DNA from: Aureliella sp.
GTDB taxonomy: Bacteria > Planctomycetota > Planctomycetia > Pirellulales > Pirellulaceae
Length of the DNA: 64,000 bases
NCBI GenBank assembly: GCA_963691875.1
Contig: OY829846.1
Span: forward strand, 3,808,001 to 3,872,000
Direction: 5' to 3'
A program made the position numbers and the translations under genes. Under the pieces are notes generated by a model that worked only from the letters and a program-made list of their open reading frames with translations, was not told where the DNA came from and ran no database searches. This document shows positions 60,771-64,000 of the stretch, one piece after another (position 1 is the first letter of the stretch; each line of letters opens with the position of its first letter).

Positions 60771-62375
60771 TTAATTTGTCTTAGAGCCTGGCGAATCAGC
60801 CGAATTCGAATCTTTGCCACCCTCCAATTCCAGGTCGCCCCAGACTTCAATGTCATCACCTTCTGGCTTTTCAGGGGCCGGCCCCGCTTCTGAAGCAGAA
60901 TGGTTCCGCTGTGGTGAGGCGTCGACGGTTCCAGGCAGGAAATCGCCGCCAGGAGGAGGATTCGCTGCCAGAGCAGAACCTGTCGCGACCTGATTTCCAG
61001 TTTTTCGCTCAACTGCTGCAAGTTGCTGTTCCAACCAGGCGGGCGGATTCTCATTACGAACCTTGATAAAATACTCTCTTACAGCAAGAACGGCAAAGAC
61101 TTCGTCACCTGACTTGTGGAGCATCTGCCCCAGCGTCTCAATGTGCAAACCAAAATCGCTACGACTAGGCTTCGGTAAGTTCTGAGCTCTTCCAAGTCGG
61201 CGAAACAGGACAGAGCAAATCACGATACCTAGAGCCACCATCGGAATCGTAACTGCACTCAGCGGCCACGCAGTAAGCACTTCCAATCCGGTGATCCCCT
61301 TTTCCGTTTCCGGGATCTTCGAGATCGTCAAACCCCGATAACCGTAAGCTAGTACGGCCACACGATCAGCCGGCAAACAAGACTCTACAATCCGAGCGCC
61401 TACGTTTCGATGTAAAGGATCAACCATCGAAGCATTGAGAAAAGGAGCACCATTAGCCACCACAAGGATGCGGCTACTGCTCTGCTTCTTGGAGTTCAGA
61501 CTAAACACCAGAGGGCGTCCATCTCGAGTGGCGAGCAGAGTCTCCGGCTGGAGCAAGCCCTCAAATTCCTCGTCCCACGCTTCCTGACTGTCCAACTCTT
61601 GCAGGTTCCATTGGCTGAAAACAGTATCCGTATTCGAATTCGCTGGTAATTGACCAATGGTTGGCACAGCTTGAAATCCATTGTTGGCTGCTCCCGGTTG
61701 CAACCATGACGGCAACTTCTTCTTCCACGCCAAACTTGGTTCGCGCAGCGTGACGCCAACCGGCCATTTGCCTTCCAGCCCGCTAAGATCCTGTGCCCAA
61801 GGGCCTGTCAAATCGGAGGCCACATATTCATCACGTGCTATCGAAACGTCGTAGTAAAACCATCTGCAGAAAGTGCTTTCACCAATCTGCTGCATGCGTT
61901 GCGACAGTTCAGCTGTCTGCGCCTTGGCAACCAAGACTCTAGCCCGGCGTTGTTTTTCCATTTCCACCGCCTGCAAAGTGCGATTGCGAAAATAGACCTC
62001 TGCATTGAAGTCACGCCCGAAGTAAATCACTGTCCTATTCTTGTCGTGGGACAGCCATTCCTCCAGCCACTCTCGAGCTGCTCTGCCCGGCGGCTGAAAG
62101 GTCTGCCCAACGAGGACAATGGTGTCCACCGTTTCCAATCGAGGAGACAGCTTCGAAGGAAGCAGGCACTTCACTCCAGCGCTCTCCCACATCTTGCGAT
62201 GCACCTGCAAGCCGTTGGCGGAACGCCTCGCATCCACACCCTTAACTGCCCCGAAAGACTCCAGCTCAGGCGTCACACTGCCGCAACCGGCTAGCATCAC
62301 CAACAACACTAAAAGCACACAAGTGCACTGAACACGATGCATTCGGCGAAGGCGGGTATAGCTCTGCAAGATCAT
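60771..62375 (-). CDS. DUF4350-like membrane/lipoprotein of the MoxR operon
   Basis: ATGA overlap with the upstream gene, LAGC lipobox-like motif, ANG.PFLN, and a late TM followed by RLGRA...DFGLHIETLGQML. Confidence 0.7.
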   Translation of the reverse strand: MILQSYTRLRRMHRVQCTCVLLVLLVMLAGCGSVTPELESFGAVKGVDARRSANGLQVHRKMWESAGVKCLLPSKLSPRLETVDTIVLVGQTFQPPGRAAREWLEEWLSHDKNRTVIYFGRDFNAEVYFRNRTLQAVEMEKQRRARVLVAKAQTAELSQRMQQIGESTFCRWFYYDVSIARDEYVASDLTGPWAQDLSGLEGKWPVGVTLREPSLAWKKKLPSWLQPGAANNGFQAVPTIGQLPANSNTDTVFSQWNLQELDSQEAWDEEFEGLLQPETLLATRDGRPLVFSLNSKKQSSSRILVVANGAPFLNASMVDPLHRNVGARIVESCLPADRVAVLAYGYRGLTISKIPETEKGITGLEVLTAWPLSAVTIPMVALGIVICSVLFRRLGRAQNLPKPSRSDFGLHIETLGQMLHKSGDEVFAVLAVREYFIKVRNENPPAWLEQQLAAVERKTGNQVATGSALAANPPPGGDFLPGTVDASPQRNHSASEAGPAPEKPEGDDIEVWGDLELEGGKDSNSADSPGSKTN

Positions 62376-63238
62376 GCTTGTGCCAACCTCCCTGTTGCAG
62401 ATCTTGAGGGAGGGGCCTGAGGTTCGTTTCTCGCGGCCAAGTGGTGAAACTCGTCGACCAAGTCCCACGCAGTTTTGAATTGCTCCATACCAATTTCGTG
62501 CTGCCCAAAATAGGCATCTTCGAAAATGAGCATCGTTGTGGTTAAGATATCTTTCAGTCGCGTATATTTCTGCAGTTCTCGCACGTACATGCGATTTGTC
62601 TTCCCACGCTGGAGATCGATCTTCCTTGCTTGGTCCAATGCAAGAAGCTGATAACCGTACAGGTAGATAATTGCCTCTCGTAGGCGCCCAGCCCGCATCA
62701 AAGCTTCAGCCTCGTCTAGTGGATTGCCATGAGTTGGCTTACTCACTTCAAATGGCAGATCCTCCACCTTCGCCACATCCACTTCAAACTTCTTCGGAAC
62801 TACGGCTTGCTTCGGTGCTGGGATGTAATTCCGCAACGCGAAATAGGCGAGTGCTGCAAAGGCCCCGATCACCAGGACGATGATCAAGACCATGATGAAA
62901 CCCGTGATTGCATCTGCGTTAACGCCTGTCCAGCCTCCTCCTGCAGGACGAGTCGCTGGGGCCGTATTGCCTGTTGCTCGAGTTGCTTTTGGTTTGTAGG
63001 CCCAGCCTTCTGAGCGAATTTTGTTGTCTGAAACCTCGCCTGGATCTGGTATCGCAAAAGAGTCTGTAGACTTTTCATACCAAGATTGCGAACCAACCGA
63101 ACGCATTGCCTGGTTCGCATCCACCTCTTGAAGGGGACGCGCAGCTAGATAATCCGAATTCCCCCAAATCAACTGCAAGCCAACCAGCAAGCCCAAAGCG
63201 TACTTCTTCGATCGAGACTCCCAAGACACTTCCCTCAT
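62372..63238 (-). CDS. DUF4129-domain membrane protein
   Basis: TM helix followed by AIIYLY...GKTNRMYVREL...FEDAYFG. Confidence 0.8.
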   Translation of the reverse strand: MREVSWESRSKKYALGLLVGLQLIWGNSDYLAARPLQEVDANQAMRSVGSQSWYEKSTDSFAIPDPGEVSDNKIRSEGWAYKPKATRATGNTAPATRPAGGGWTGVNADAITGFIMVLIIVLVIGAFAALAYFALRNYIPAPKQAVVPKKFEVDVAKVEDLPFEVSKPTHGNPLDEAEALMRAGRLREAIIYLYGYQLLALDQARKIDLQRGKTNRMYVRELQKYTRLKDILTTTMLIFEDAYFGQHEIGMEQFKTAWDLVDEFHHLAARNEPQAPPSRSATGRLAQA

Positions 63239-64000
63239 GATCCAGCAACCTCCGGCTGCGTCACCTGTGCTGCTTCCTCAATATCGGCTGACACTGCTGG
63301 AATCGGTACTTTCACCAATTCCTGCATCCGAGCCGCCTCAGCCTTGACACGCAATTCCACTTCCCAACCCTCCAGGCGAATCCGAGTATCAAGATATCCC
63401 AGAAAGCGAAAGACGGTCACGAGAATCCCGATCAGCCACAGAGCTAGTGGAACAGTGAACCGATTATGCACACTCATCCAGGACCATGACCAAATGCCAA
63501 AGGCGGTCCCTACTACCCAGAGGATCGAAAGTACGATCATTGCCCACAGCAAAGCACCAAAGAACGATGCGCCGATGTGACGAGCGATATTGTCTGAAAT
63601 CACCAAACGATGAAGCCCACGACTACGCTGAGCGTAGGACACCTGCCCCTTTTTCTTCGATCTCAACTTGCAGAGCTCTAGACCCAGAATCTCAGGAGCG
63701 AAGGGCCAAGCGGCGCGTATGAATAGAGCCACAGCGCAGGGAACCATCAAAACCCAAAACTCAACCAGCCAATCCCAAATCAAATAGCGATCTACGAAAC
63801 ACTCCGCTGCAATGCACAGCAGCCCCAAGCGAAACACACCAAGCACCAACATACAGCGCCACAGCACAGGCTTGAGCTTCTTCATGACACTCCGCCAGTC
63901 AGCAGGCTCAAAGAAGATTTGATTGCCCAAGAAAATCGTCGTCGGCAGAGAGATCAAGGGAAACTGCATGATGAAAAGCAAGCAGTTATGGAAGAGGTGC
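63235..64000 (-). CDS. Hypothetical membrane protein of the MoxR operon (5' end beyond the window)
   Basis: Multi-TM ORF open to the window edge, with the C-terminal motif YLDTRIRLEGWEVEL. Confidence 0.75.
   Translation of the reverse strand, partial: HLFHNCLLFIMQFPLISLPTTIFLGNQIFFEPADWRSVMKKLKPVLWRCMLVLGVFRLGLLCIAAECFVDRYLIWDWLVEFWVLMVPCAVALFIRAAWPFAPEILGLELCKLRSKKKGQVSYAQRSRGLHRLVISDNIARHIGASFFGALLWAMIVLSILWVVGTAFGIWSWSWMSVHNRFTVPLALWLIGILVTVFRFLGYLDTRIRLEGWEVELRVKAEAARMQELVKVPIPAVSADIEEAAQVTQPEVAGS

Noticed and set aside
1..64000. CRISPR array, tRNA/rRNA, IS transposase, prophage or defence system
   Set aside because: I saw no regularly spaced repeat-spacer array, structural RNA signature or relevant protein motifs. 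Small ncRNAs could be missed by eye.

Overview
A 64 kb bacterial chromosomal segment, very probably from a planctomycete (Pirellulales-like). This is inferred from planctomycete-type dockerin, PEP-CTERM and HEAT-repeat genes, NPY/QFSL-motif membrane proteins, a long TolC, a sulfatase, a MoxR-DUF58-DUF4129 operon and typical REP-like palindromes. About 40 intact CDSs are present, mostly housekeeping or accessory: MurNAc/GlcNAc kinase with namZ, epmA, GspF/PilC, TolC/HlyD/MacB-type efflux parts, sulfatase, apbE, moaB, a hybrid histidine kinase, purM, hemW, truncated haemoglobin, an NhaP-type antiporter, speA, xth, deoC, an MMPL transporter and the MoxR operon. I saw no rRNA, tRNA, CRISPR array, transposase or prophage. 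The best candidate for an undescribed system is a two-gene Cys-rich cassette (16988-17978). It consists of an exported Cys-rich leader-like protein whose last codons are buried in an RNA stem, followed by a 116-aa metallothionein-like lipoprotein built from (CCxxx)n repeats and a terminator. This resembles a metal-sensing leader/attenuator controlling a membrane-anchored metal sponge (inference). Also notable are a eukaryote-type UMP-CMP kinase fused to an unknown N-terminal domain and many frameshifted or decayed genes in apparent intergenic gaps. All family assignments come from motif recognition by eye; no searches were run.
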